Shown here: positions 56,073-64,000 of the stretch, piece after piece
Numbering within the stretch: position 1 is the stretch's first letter
Layout of the letters: every line of letters begins with the position of its first letter
From: Candidatus Coprenecus stercoravium
GTDB taxonomy: Bacteria; Bacteroidota; Bacteroidia; Bacteroidales; UBA932
Length of the DNA: 64,000 nucleotides
Reading direction: 5' to 3'
Assembly (NCBI GenBank): GCA_019116865.1
Contig: DXAW01000093.1
Span: 14,640 to 78,639 of the forward strand
Notes under the pieces: generated by a model
Databases searched by the model: none
What the model saw: only the letters and a program-made list of their open reading frames with translations
Told to the model about the DNA's origin: nothing
Position numbers and translations under genes: made by a program

Positions 56073-56913
56073 GGAAGTCGTCGTAAATCAGTTTGTTGAT
56101 GTCGAAATACAGACTCCAGTAGTCGCTGTTCTTGGTCCATGCTCTGGCAGTCAGCACGATTGCGCTGTCTCCGAGCTGTGAAAGGGCGGCGAAAGGCTCC
56201 TCCGGTGTGGAAAGAACACGCGGGTCCTTGCTTAAATATTCTTTCAGGAGCGCAATGCCCTTCTCGGCGTCGTCACCGTAGGACACGCTGATGTTCCAGT
56301 CCACGCGGCGTATGTCCGATGTGCTGTAGTTCAGGATATTGCTGTTGGCTACGGAGCCGTTGGGCAAGTGTACTATTTTGTTGTCGACGGTATGTATCTG
56401 CGTTGACGTGATGTTTATGGCGTCAACTGTTCCTCCGAATCCGTTGGCTTCAATGTAGTCTCCGACCTTGAACGGCTTGAACAGAAGCAGCATCACTCCG
56501 CCTGCAAAGTTCTGGAGGGTTCCGCTGAGGGCCATGCCGACAGCCAGACCGCCTGCGGCCAACAGGGCGGCGAAAGTGCTGGTGGGTACTCCCAGGATGC
56601 TGACAACTACAACGAACAGCAGAACCGTCAGGGAGATATTGACGAAGCTGACGGTGAATGTGGCCAGCGACGGTTCTATCTTGCGTTTCTGGAAAATATT
56701 TCTGAGCATTTTCCGGATGCGGCGTATAATCCATGCGCCGAGTAGATACAAGAGTATGGCAGCCAGTACTTTAAGGCCCCATTTGATGACGGTCTCGGAG
56801 ACCGATGTCAGGATTTCATGTCCGCTCATGCTGGACAGTTTGGTGATAGTTTCGCTGATTTCCACGGCCAGAGTATCTGACGGGTCAGGCGTAAGGTCTA
56901 ATTGAGGTAACAT
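56008..56913 (-). CDS. Mechanosensitive ion channel (MscS family)
   Basis: Three TM helices are followed by LLLFKPFKVGDYIE..GTV..I....T.I...DNKIVHLPNGSV. Confidence 0.8.
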   Translation of the reverse strand: MLPQLDLTPDPSDTLAVEISETITKLSSMSGHEILTSVSETVIKWGLKVLAAILLYLLGAWIIRRIRKMLRNIFQKRKIEPSLATFTVSFVNISLTVLLFVVVVSILGVPTSTFAALLAAGGLAVGMALSGTLQNFAGGVMLLLFKPFKVGDYIEANGFGGTVDAINITSTQIHTVDNKIVHLPNGSVANSNILNYSTSDIRRVDWNISVSYGDDAEKGIALLKEYLSKDPRVLSTPEEPFAALSQLGDSAIVLTARAWTKNSDYWSLYFDINKLIYDDFPKKGMTFPYPQLDVHVRNVQD

Positions 56914-56962
56914 AAAGAAAATATTTAGTTTATAAATTTTGGCAAAATTATAGAGAATTTAG

Positions 56963-56970
56963 TATTTTTG
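56963..56970 (+). promoter_or_regulatory. Candidate -7 promoter element (TATTTTTG) for the lysine-fermentation cluster
   Basis: The sequence matches TAnnTTTG, 29 nt upstream of the ATG at 56999. Confidence 0.3.
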
Positions 56971-56998
56971 CTAATTGTAATTTTAAAAACTATCTTTG

Positions 56999-57649
56999 AT
57001 GAAAAAGGAAATAACACTGGAACAGGCCGTTTCGATGGTTAAGGACGGCATGACCGTTATGGTCGGCGGATTTCTGGGTGTCGGAGCCCCTTTGCAGATT
57101 ATGGATGCTCTTGCGCAGAGCGGAGTCAAGAATCTAACCGTTATCTGCAATGATACAGCCTTTCCCGATAAGTCTCTCGGAAAACTTGTGGTCAACAAGC
57201 AGATAAAAAAGCTCATCGTTTCTCATGTGGGAACCAATCCTGAGACCGGCAACCAGATGAATGCCGGAGAGCTGGAAGTGGAGTTCTCTCCCCAGGGTAC
57301 TCTTGCCGAGAGGATAAGGGCCAAAGGAGCCGGTCTTGGAGGAGTCCTCACCACTACCGGAATGGGTACTTTAGTGGCAGAGGGTAAGGAGACAGTCAAG
57401 GTTGACGGAAAGGAATATCTGCTGGAGAAGCCTCTCGGAGCAGATATAGCCCTGCTCGGAGCATCTGTCGCCGATGAGTCCGGCAATCTGGTGTACAAGG
57501 GCACGACTCAGAATTTCAATCCGGTAATGGCTATGGCTGCGGATGTTGTGATAGTCGAGGCAGAGAAAGTTGTCCCGGTAGGCGATATCGCTCCTGAGGC
57601 GGTGCATACTCCGGGTATTTTTGTGAATTACATTTATAAAAAGAGATAG
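56999..57649 (+). CDS. atoD: 3-oxoacid (acetoacetate/butyrate) CoA-transferase subunit A
   Basis: The stretch [29 protein letters not shown] is typical of CoA-transferase alpha subunits. The ATG at 56999 is preferred over the TTG at 56996. Confidence 0.8.
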   Translation: MKKEITLEQAVSMVKDGMTVMVGGFLGVGAPLQIMDALAQSGVKNLTVICNDTAFPDKSLGKLVVNKQIKKLIVSHVGTNPETGNQMNAGELEVEFSPQGTLAERIRAKGAGLGGVLTTTGMGTLVAEGKETVKVDGKEYLLEKPLGADIALLGASVADESGNLVYKGTTQNFNPVMAMAADVVIVEAEKVVPVGDIAPEAVHTPGIFVNYIYKKR

Positions 57650-57651
57650 AT

Positions 57652-58038
57652 ATGGGAGCAAAATCACTTATAAGGATGCGTATGAGCTGCCATGACGCGC
57701 ATTATGGCGGCAATCTTGTGGACGGAGCGAAGATGCTCCAGCTTTTCGGAGACGTGGCTACGGAGCTGCTGATTATCAATGACGGAGACGAAGGTCTTTT
57801 CAAGGCATATGACAATGTGGAGTTCATGGCTCCCGTATATGCAGGAGACTATATCGAGGCCGAGGGTGAGATAGTATCTGTCGGCAATACTTCCAGGAAG
57901 ATGGTCTTCGAGGCCAGAAAGGTTATCGCTCCGCGTCCGGATGTCTCTGATTCCGCAGCGGATGTGCTTGCAGAGCCGATAGTAGTATGCAGGGCAAGCG
58001 GAACATGTGTGGTCCCCAAGAAATGCCAGAGGAAATAA
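57652..58038 (+). CDS. kal: 3-aminobutyryl-CoA ammonia-lyase (hotdog fold)
   Basis: The protein is 128 aa. The pattern [38 protein letters not shown] matches the Kal proteins I recall. Its position between the CoA-transferase gene and kce supports the call. Confidence 0.7.
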   Translation: MGAKSLIRMRMSCHDAHYGGNLVDGAKMLQLFGDVATELLIINDGDEGLFKAYDNVEFMAPVYAGDYIEAEGEIVSVGNTSRKMVFEARKVIAPRPDVSDSAADVLAEPIVVCRASGTCVVPKKCQRK

Positions 58039-58054
58039 CAACATCACTATCTAT

Positions 58055-58882
58055 ATGGAGAAACTTATAATAACTGCCGCCATCTGCGGAGCCGAGGTGC
58101 TCAAGGAGCACAATCCGGCTGTTCCTTATACCGTGGAGGAGTGCGTCAGAGAAGCCAAATCGGCCTATGACGCCGGTGCTTCTCTCATCCATCTTCACGT
58201 TCGTGAGGATGACGGAACGCCTACTCAGAGCAAGGAGCGTTTTAGAGTAATAATGGAAGCTATCCGTAAAGAGTGTCCGGATGTCATTATCCAGCCTTCT
58301 ACAGGAGGAGCAGTGGGTATGACCAACGACGAGAGGCTTCAGCCCACAGAGCTGCTGCCGGAGATGGCCACACTTGACTGCGGAACACTTAACTTCGGAG
58401 GAGACGATATCTTCGAGAATACGGAGAATACCATCAAATATTTCGGTCAGAGGATGATAGAGCGAGGTATTAAACCTGAGCTCGAGGTCTTCGACAAATC
58501 AATGATAGACATGGCCCTCAGGCTGCACCGCAAGGGATTCATACAGGCTCCCATGCATTTTGACTTCGTAATGGGTGTCAACGGAGGCATCGGTGGAGAA
58601 CTCCGCGACTTTGTTTTCCTGCGCGGCAGCATACCCGCTGACGCCACATATACGGTGGCAGGCATAGGACGCTACGAGTTCCCTCTGGCAGCAGCCGCCA
58701 TCATCGACGGCGGTCATGTGAGAGTAGGATTCGAGGACAATGTGTACCTGAGCAAAGGTGTTCTTGCCAAGTCCAACGGCGAGCTGGTGGAGAAAGTGGT
58801 CCGCATTGCACGTGAGTTCGGAAGAGAGATTGCTACTCCTGCCGAAGCTCGTAAGATTCTTTCTCTCAAGCCACTTGAATAA
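58055..58882 (+). CDS. kce: 3-keto-5-aminohexanoate cleavage enzyme (BKACE/DUF849 family)
   Basis: The ATG at 58055 gives MEKLIITAAICGAEV. IHLHVREDDG and PSTGG, the DUF849 TIM-barrel motifs, follow. Confidence 0.85.
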   Translation: MEKLIITAAICGAEVLKEHNPAVPYTVEECVREAKSAYDAGASLIHLHVREDDGTPTQSKERFRVIMEAIRKECPDVIIQPSTGGAVGMTNDERLQPTELLPEMATLDCGTLNFGGDDIFENTENTIKYFGQRMIERGIKPELEVFDKSMIDMALRLHRKGFIQAPMHFDFVMGVNGGIGGELRDFVFLRGSIPADATYTVAGIGRYEFPLAAAAIIDGGHVRVGFEDNVYLSKGVLAKSNGELVEKVVRIAREFGREIATPAEARKILSLKPLE

Positions 58883-58925
58883 ATATTTTAACTAGACTTT
58901 ATTAATTATTAAAAATCAAAAACAT

Positions 58926-59972
58926 ATGGCACAAAAACACGGAAATAAATACGGAGTTCACAGAGTAATTTCACCCAAGGGAGTACTCCCTCAGCCCGCT
59001 GACAAGCTGGACAACAACATGGACGAAATCTACGACAATGAGATTCTTATCGACGTTCATACTCTCAATATCGACTCGGCTTCTTTCACCGACATCTCCA
59101 ACCGCGCAGGAGGCGATCCTGAGAAAATCAAGGAGATTATGTTCGATATCGTGGAGAAACAGGGCAAGCACCGCAATCCCTGGACAGGTTCGGGCGGAAT
59201 GCTGCTCGGTACTGTCGAGAAGATAGGCGATGCACTCAAAGACAAGATCGACCTTAAGGAAGGCGACAAGATCGCTACTCTTGTATCACTGTCCCTGACA
59301 CCTCTGCGCATAGACAAGATTAAAGAAATCCGTGCCGATGTGGACCAGGTGGATATCGACGGAAAGGCCATTCTTTTCGAGAGCGGTATCTATGCCAAGA
59401 TTCCTTCGGACCTGCCTGAGAAACTTGCGCTTTCAGCCCTCGATGTGGCCGGAGCTCCCGCCCAGACAGCCAAGCTGGTAAAGCCCGGAGATACAGTCCT
59501 GATTATCGGAGCCGGAGGAAAATCCGGTATGCTCTGCTGCTACGAGGCCAAGAAACGCGCCGGCGTTACTGGTAAGGTCATCGGACTTTGCCACAGCGAG
59601 AAGAGCACAAAACGTCTCCAGGATCTCGGATTCTGCGACTATGTGTTCTCAGCCGATGCGACCCAGGCCGTTCCCGTACTGGAGAAGATTGAGGAGATTA
59701 CGAAGGGACAGATGTGCGACATCACCATCAACAACGTGAATATTCCCGATACGGAGATGACTTCCATTCTCTGCACCAAGGACACCGGTCTGGTATATTT
59801 CTTCTCCATGGCCACCAGCTTTACGAAAGCTGCTCTCGGAGCCGAGGGAGTAGGCAGCGATGTCACCATGCTCATCGGAAACGGTTACACCAAGGGACAT
59901 GCCGAGATAACTCTGCAGGAGCTCAGGGAAAGCGAGAAACTCAGAAAGATATTCACAGAACTCTACGCCTGA
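58926..59972 (+). CDS. kdd: L-erythro-3,5-diaminohexanoate dehydrogenase
   Basis: The N-terminal GVHRVISPKGVLPQPA and the Rossmann motif IIGAGGKSG are present. Cluster context supports the call. Confidence 0.8.
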   Translation: MAQKHGNKYGVHRVISPKGVLPQPADKLDNNMDEIYDNEILIDVHTLNIDSASFTDISNRAGGDPEKIKEIMFDIVEKQGKHRNPWTGSGGMLLGTVEKIGDALKDKIDLKEGDKIATLVSLSLTPLRIDKIKEIRADVDQVDIDGKAILFESGIYAKIPSDLPEKLALSALDVAGAPAQTAKLVKPGDTVLIIGAGGKSGMLCCYEAKKRAGVTGKVIGLCHSEKSTKRLQDLGFCDYVFSADATQAVPVLEKIEEITKGQMCDITINNVNIPDTEMTSILCTKDTGLVYFFSMATSFTKAALGAEGVGSDVTMLIGNGYTKGHAEITLQELRESEKLRKIFTELYA

Positions 59973-59981
59973 TAGTTTGCT

Positions 59982-61238
59982 ATGGAAGACCGTTCGCGTA
60001 GAAAAATACTGTTCCCCGAAGTTACGGACGAGCAGTGGAATGACTGGAAATGGCAGGTCAAGAACCGTATAGAGACGCTTGACCAGCTCAAGAAATACAT
60101 AAAGCTCACTCCTGAGGAGGAAGAGGGGGTCCGCAAGACCCTCTCCACCCTCAGAATGGCTATCACGCCGTACTATCTCTCACTGATAGATCCTGACGAC
60201 CCTCATTGTCCTATCAGGAGGCAGGCCATACCTACGGCTGCCGAGACATATCAGGCACCGGAGGATTTGCTTGATCCCTTGCATGAGGATGAGGATTCCC
60301 CGACACCGGGCCTTACGCACAGATATCCTGACAGGGTCCTTATGCTCATTACGGATATGTGCTCGATGTACTGCCGTCACTGCACGCGCAGGAGATTTGC
60401 AGGACATAAGGACGCAGAGTCTCCGGCCGACAGGATAGAGAAGTGTATCGAATATGTGGAAAGGACTCCGGTTGTAAGGGATGTGCTGCTTTCAGGCGGT
60501 GACGCATTGATGGTCAGCGATGCGAAGCTGGAGTATATCATCAAAAGACTCAGGGCTATACCTCATGTGGAGATTATCCGTATCGGCTCCCGTACACCTG
60601 TCGTTTGTCCCCAGAGGATTACGGATGACCTGTGCAATATGCTCAAGAAGTATCATCCGATATGGCTCAACACGCACTTCAACCATCCCAATGAGGTGAC
60701 TCCGGAGTCGGCCGCCGCTTGTGCGAGACTTGCTGACGCAGGTGTGCCTCTCGGCAACCAGTCCGTGCTTCTGAGAGGAGTGAATGACTGTGTGCATGTC
60801 ATGAAGCATCTGGTTCATGAGCTCGTGAAGATGAGGGTAAGGCCGTACTATATCTATCAGTGCGACCTGTCCATGGGACTCGAGCATTTCCGTACTCCTG
60901 TGTCCAAGGGTATTGAGATTATAGAGGGACTCCGCGGACATACATCCGGCTTCGCCGTGCCCACATTCGTTGTGGATGCTCCGGGCGGAGGCGGCAAGAC
61001 ACCGGTCATGCCGCAGTACGTGATATCCCAGTCTCCGGGTAAGGTCGTGCTCAGGAACTTCGAGGGCGTGATTACTACATACACCGAACCGCCTGAGTAT
61101 CATTCGGAGTGCCATTGTCCTGAATGTGAGGCCAAGGCAAAGGCCAGGGTCGAGGGAGTGGCATCGCTTCTCGAAGGAGAGAAGATGACCATAGAGCCTA
61201 CAGTATTGATGAGAAGGGAAAGGCATCACAGCAAATAG
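59982..61238 (+). CDS. kamA: L-lysine 2,3-aminomutase (radical SAM, PLP)
   Basis: The CSMYCRHCTRRR cluster motif and the SGGDAL and FVVDAPGGGGK motifs are present. Confidence 0.9.
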   Translation: MEDRSRRKILFPEVTDEQWNDWKWQVKNRIETLDQLKKYIKLTPEEEEGVRKTLSTLRMAITPYYLSLIDPDDPHCPIRRQAIPTAAETYQAPEDLLDPLHEDEDSPTPGLTHRYPDRVLMLITDMCSMYCRHCTRRRFAGHKDAESPADRIEKCIEYVERTPVVRDVLLSGGDALMVSDAKLEYIIKRLRAIPHVEIIRIGSRTPVVCPQRITDDLCNMLKKYHPIWLNTHFNHPNEVTPESAAACARLADAGVPLGNQSVLLRGVNDCVHVMKHLVHELVKMRVRPYYIYQCDLSMGLEHFRTPVSKGIEIIEGLRGHTSGFAVPTFVVDAPGGGGKTPVMPQYVISQSPGKVVLRNFEGVITTYTEPPEYHSECHCPECEAKAKARVEGVASLLEGEKMTIEPTVLMRRERHHSK

Positions 61239-61246
61239 GACCAGTG

Positions 61247-62203
61247 ATGCTGCCGTTTGTCCATGAGCTGTTGAATTACCGGAGTGTGGCCGTAGTCGGC
61301 ATGGAGAAGAATTGCGGCAAGACAGAGTGCCTCAATTATATTCTCCGCAGTCTGCCGTTGGAAAAGCGCAGAATATGCGTGACATCCATTGGGCTGGACG
61401 GAGAGACTACCGACCAGGTTACCAGAACTCCCAAACCGGAGATCGTACTTCGGGACGGGATGTACTTCTCGACGTCTGAGGCTCATTACAGGAGCCGACG
61501 CCTGATAGCGGAAGTGGTGGACATATCCGGTGAGATGACAGCACTGGGGAGAATAATAACTGCGAAGGTGGTCTCGGAAGGAAATGTAATCCTTTCGGGG
61601 CCTTCTTCGACAGCTTCCCTGAGACGGTGGATGGACGGCCTTGCCGGTTACGGCATAGACCTGACTATAATAGACGGAGCGCTGTCTAGAAAGAGCAGTG
61701 CCTCTCCTGCGGTGAGTGATGCCGTGATACTGGCGACAGGTGCGGCTCTGTCATCCAGTCTTCCTACTTTAGTGGACATGACGGCTTTTTGCGTGGAGAT
61801 GATCCGGCTGCCGTTATGCAAAGAAGATGAGGGGGCTTACGACGAGACTGTAACCATCTCGTCGATGGACTCTGAAATCGATATAGGGCAAAATGTAAGG
61901 AGAGTGGATGTTAGCGGTGCCCTGACAGACCGGCTCCTCGGCCGCCTGACAGCGGAAAGCTGTATTGGGAACTTAGAGGTTACGGTACAGGATTTTACTA
62001 GAATATTTGCCTCTCCGCTCAGTTATAGAAAATTTACACGGGCTGGCGGAAGGCTGGCAGTAAGGCAGAGAACGAGGCTTTTAGCCTTGTGTGTCAATCC
62101 TTTGGCACCAAACGGCTATGTGATGGACTCTGATTTGCTGTGCGCGGAGTTGGAGAAAAGGACCGGCATGCCGGTTTATGATATAAAAAGACAAGAAAAA
62201 TGA
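61247..62203 (+). CDS. Uncharacterised P-loop-like protein embedded in the lysine cluster
   Basis: A deviant Walker-A-like VAVVGMEKNCGKTE sits near the N-terminus, and IIDGALSRKS follows later. An ATGA overlap links it to the next gene. Confidence 0.5.
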   Translation: MLPFVHELLNYRSVAVVGMEKNCGKTECLNYILRSLPLEKRRICVTSIGLDGETTDQVTRTPKPEIVLRDGMYFSTSEAHYRSRRLIAEVVDISGEMTALGRIITAKVVSEGNVILSGPSSTASLRRWMDGLAGYGIDLTIIDGALSRKSSASPAVSDAVILATGAALSSSLPTLVDMTAFCVEMIRLPLCKEDEGAYDETVTISSMDSEIDIGQNVRRVDVSGALTDRLLGRLTAESCIGNLEVTVQDFTRIFASPLSYRKFTRAGGRLAVRQRTRLLALCVNPLAPNGYVMDSDLLCAELEKRTGMPVYDIKRQEK

Positions 62204-63543
62204 AGTTGCGGGATATTATAGATTCGCCCTGCGGCCTGAGGTATATGATTGAGAAGCTTCCGGTCTCTTCCGGATATGCTCTCAGATGCCTTATGGAGCA
62301 GGACGCCATGGTCTCTAAAGACGGGATCAGGGCCGCTTATACCCGGCTGAGGGAGTTTCTTCCTCTGGTTTCGGACGGCAATCTGGTATCCATGCTGCAT
62401 TCGTCCTTGTGTACACTTAAGAATATTTCCCACACTCTTGGACGCATTGGGGCTTCGGAGAGTGTGGATGACATCGAACTTTTTGAGGTCAAGCATCTTC
62501 TGCTTCTGTCCCGAAGGACGGCATCATTGCTGACCGAAGCCGGATTCGGAAATCTTGCTCCGGATATTTCCGGCACGGAGGAGGCCCTTTCGATATTGGA
62601 TCCAGACGGTACTGAGATAGCGTCATTCTATGTCTATGATTCCTATTCAGAGCAGCTTGCCGTAATCAGACAGCAACTTCACAGGGAGTCCGATCCTGAG
62701 CGAAAGGAGCGGCTCATGCTTCAGGAACAGGAAGAGGAGCAGAGGATAAGGGACAGTATCTGTGACCGGCTCAGACCTTATGTCCGTGCAGCGGCCGGAC
62801 TTATGGCCGGGTTGGCGGACATAGACATTTTCCTTGCCAAAGCCCTCCAATATGTCAATATGGGCCTGTGTATGCCGGAAATATCGGACGGAATCACTTC
62901 GTATAACGGATTGTTCAATCCTTATATAAAGGAAATACTTAATAAAGGCGGCAAGGATTTCACACCGATAGACATAACTTTCGGTGACAAGGCCGTGGTG
63001 ATTATCGGGGCCAATATGGGAGGCAAGACAGTCGTGCTCAAGACGACGGCGCTGTGCCAGTATCTGTTTGCATTCGGTATGGGCATACCGGCTGTCAGTG
63101 CCCGGATTGCTCCGCGTGAGCGGACTTTCTTTATATCAGGGGATGCACAGGACATGGCGGCCGGACTTTCGTCATTCGCTGCGGAGATGACGGCCATAGA
63201 CGAAGTGGTAAGATGCTCCGCACATTCAGGAAGCGGGATAGCCGCAATGATAGACGAGCCGGCGCGCAGCACCAATCCTATAGAGGGTACGGCGCTGGTG
63301 GAGTCGCTGGTTCGCTTGCTTGGACATAGGGGAGTGGCGTTGCTTCTTACTACGCATTACAATATCTCTTCCGGGAATTGCCGCAGGCTGCGGGTCACCG
63401 GTATGGAGAATGGAAGAATGAATTACCGGCTCTGTCCGGCCCCTGACGGGGACGTGCCTCATGAGGCATTGAATGTGGCGGAGTCATTGAATATATCCCC
63501 TGAGTGGATCGGGGAGGCAAAAAAACTTTTGAAATATGAATAG
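62200..63543 (+). CDS. MutS-domain-V-like ATPase lacking mismatch-binding domains
   Basis: The Walker A GANMGGKTVVLKT, the Walker B MIDEPARSTNP and LLLTTHY are present. At only 447 aa it has no MutS domains I-II. Confidence 0.7.
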   Translation: MKLRDIIDSPCGLRYMIEKLPVSSGYALRCLMEQDAMVSKDGIRAAYTRLREFLPLVSDGNLVSMLHSSLCTLKNISHTLGRIGASESVDDIELFEVKHLLLLSRRTASLLTEAGFGNLAPDISGTEEALSILDPDGTEIASFYVYDSYSEQLAVIRQQLHRESDPERKERLMLQEQEEEQRIRDSICDRLRPYVRAAAGLMAGLADIDIFLAKALQYVNMGLCMPEISDGITSYNGLFNPYIKEILNKGGKDFTPIDITFGDKAVVIIGANMGGKTVVLKTTALCQYLFAFGMGIPAVSARIAPRERTFFISGDAQDMAAGLSSFAAEMTAIDEVVRCSAHSGSGIAAMIDEPARSTNPIEGTALVESLVRLLGHRGVALLLTTHYNISSGNCRRLRVTGMENGRMNYRLCPAPDGDVPHEALNVAESLNISPEWIGEAKKLLKYE

Positions 63544-64000
63544 CAAATTAGGATTAGATTCGAAAAAAGTGGCTTATGCCAGGCAGCTCGCCGCCAATGT
63601 AGCTGCTGATGTCCAGCATTTTGTGGACGGTTATACCACTGTCGCAGTGGAGAGGACCCTGTGCCGTCTGCTCGGAATAGACGGAGTGGACGCCAATTCA
63701 GTCCCCCTTCCCAATGTGGTGGTGGACAGTCTCAAGGCAGCCGGTGTCCTGGGTGAGGGAGCGTTGTTCTATGTAGGCAATGCCATGGTAGTGACCGGGA
63801 AGACTCCCATGCAGATAGCTGAGGAGATAGCAGACGGTAAACTGGATATAACCAAGCTGGAAATCCGGCCCAAGGCAGAGATCGACAAGGCTCTCGAAGC
63901 TCCGATAAATGCCTCTGTCGAAAAAATAAAGGCCCGCAGAAGAAGACGTGAGGAGTATATAGAGAAGATAGGCGAGGGCCCCAAGCCCTATATCTATGTG
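63536..64000 (+). CDS. kamD: Lysine 5,6-aminomutase alpha subunit, N-terminal part (runs off the window; absent from the ORF track)
   Basis: The ATG at 63536 overlaps the upstream stop by 8 nt, and the frame is open to the window end. The translation is MNSKLGLDSKKVAYARQLAANVAADVQHFVDGYTTVAVERTLCRLLGIDGVD.., which is KamD-like. Confidence 0.75.
   Translation, partial: MNSKLGLDSKKVAYARQLAANVAADVQHFVDGYTTVAVERTLCRLLGIDGVDANSVPLPNVVVDSLKAAGVLGEGALFYVGNAMVVTGKTPMQIAEEIADGKLDITKLEIRPKAEIDKALEAPINASVEKIKARRRRREEYIEKIGEGPKPYIYV

Noticed and set aside
62200-63543. The MutS-like gene as DNA mismatch repair or as a defence (Abi/MutS2-like) element.
   Set aside because: It has only the ATPase domain V, with no mismatch-binding, clamp, endonuclease or Smr domains. 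It is translationally coupled on both sides to lysine aminomutase pathway genes.
1-64000. A search for CRISPR arrays, IS elements, rRNA, prophage or conjugative genes.
   Set aside because: Visual inspection of intergenic regions and ORF translations showed no regularly spaced direct repeats, transposase/integrase/relaxase-like translations or rRNA-like stretches. A proper repeat finder was not run.

Overview
The window looks like a chromosomal segment from a Bacteroidales-type (Bacteroidota) genome. Supporting signs are TAnnTTTG -7 promoter boxes, DUF3575/DUF3868 proteins, a TamB homologue and the absence of strong Shine-Dalgarno sites. I saw no CRISPR array, transposase, integrase, rRNA or obvious defence island.

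Most of the window is densely packed housekeeping:
- Folate and purine genes: folB, folC, purL.
- tRNA modification: mtaB, queA.
- Central metabolism and cofactors: ppdK, pncB, pyrD, cinA.
- Stress and maturation: htpG, hydF-hydE.
- Envelope: a DUF368-TamB envelope operon.
- One tRNA-Val(TAC).

The right end (about 57.0 kb to the window edge) carries a recognisable lysine-to-butyrate/acetate fermentation cluster: atoD, kal, kce, kdd, kamA, two unassigned ATPase-like genes, and kamD. The kamD gene runs off the window and is missing from the ORF track.

The best candidate for an undescribed system is a tightly coupled five-gene minus-strand operon at 15949-19309. It encodes only Sec-exported proteins with no enzyme motifs, and these appear to be built from LPP20/FlgP-like and LpoB/FlgO-like modules. 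Next to it lies a low-GC islet (19.35-20.57 kb) holding one lipoprotein gene and about 450 nt of structured non-coding DNA.

Other points worth a second look:
- The TamB membrane anchor is encoded upstream of any canonical start codon.
- A 530-bp AT-rich intergenic region contains seven copies of TTAACAA.
- A P-loop / MutS-domain-V gene pair sits inside the lysine cluster.
- A perfect 12-bp inverted repeat lies upstream of htpG.
- Several convergent gene pairs overlap at their 3' ends.

All family assignments come from reading motifs by eye. No database search was run.
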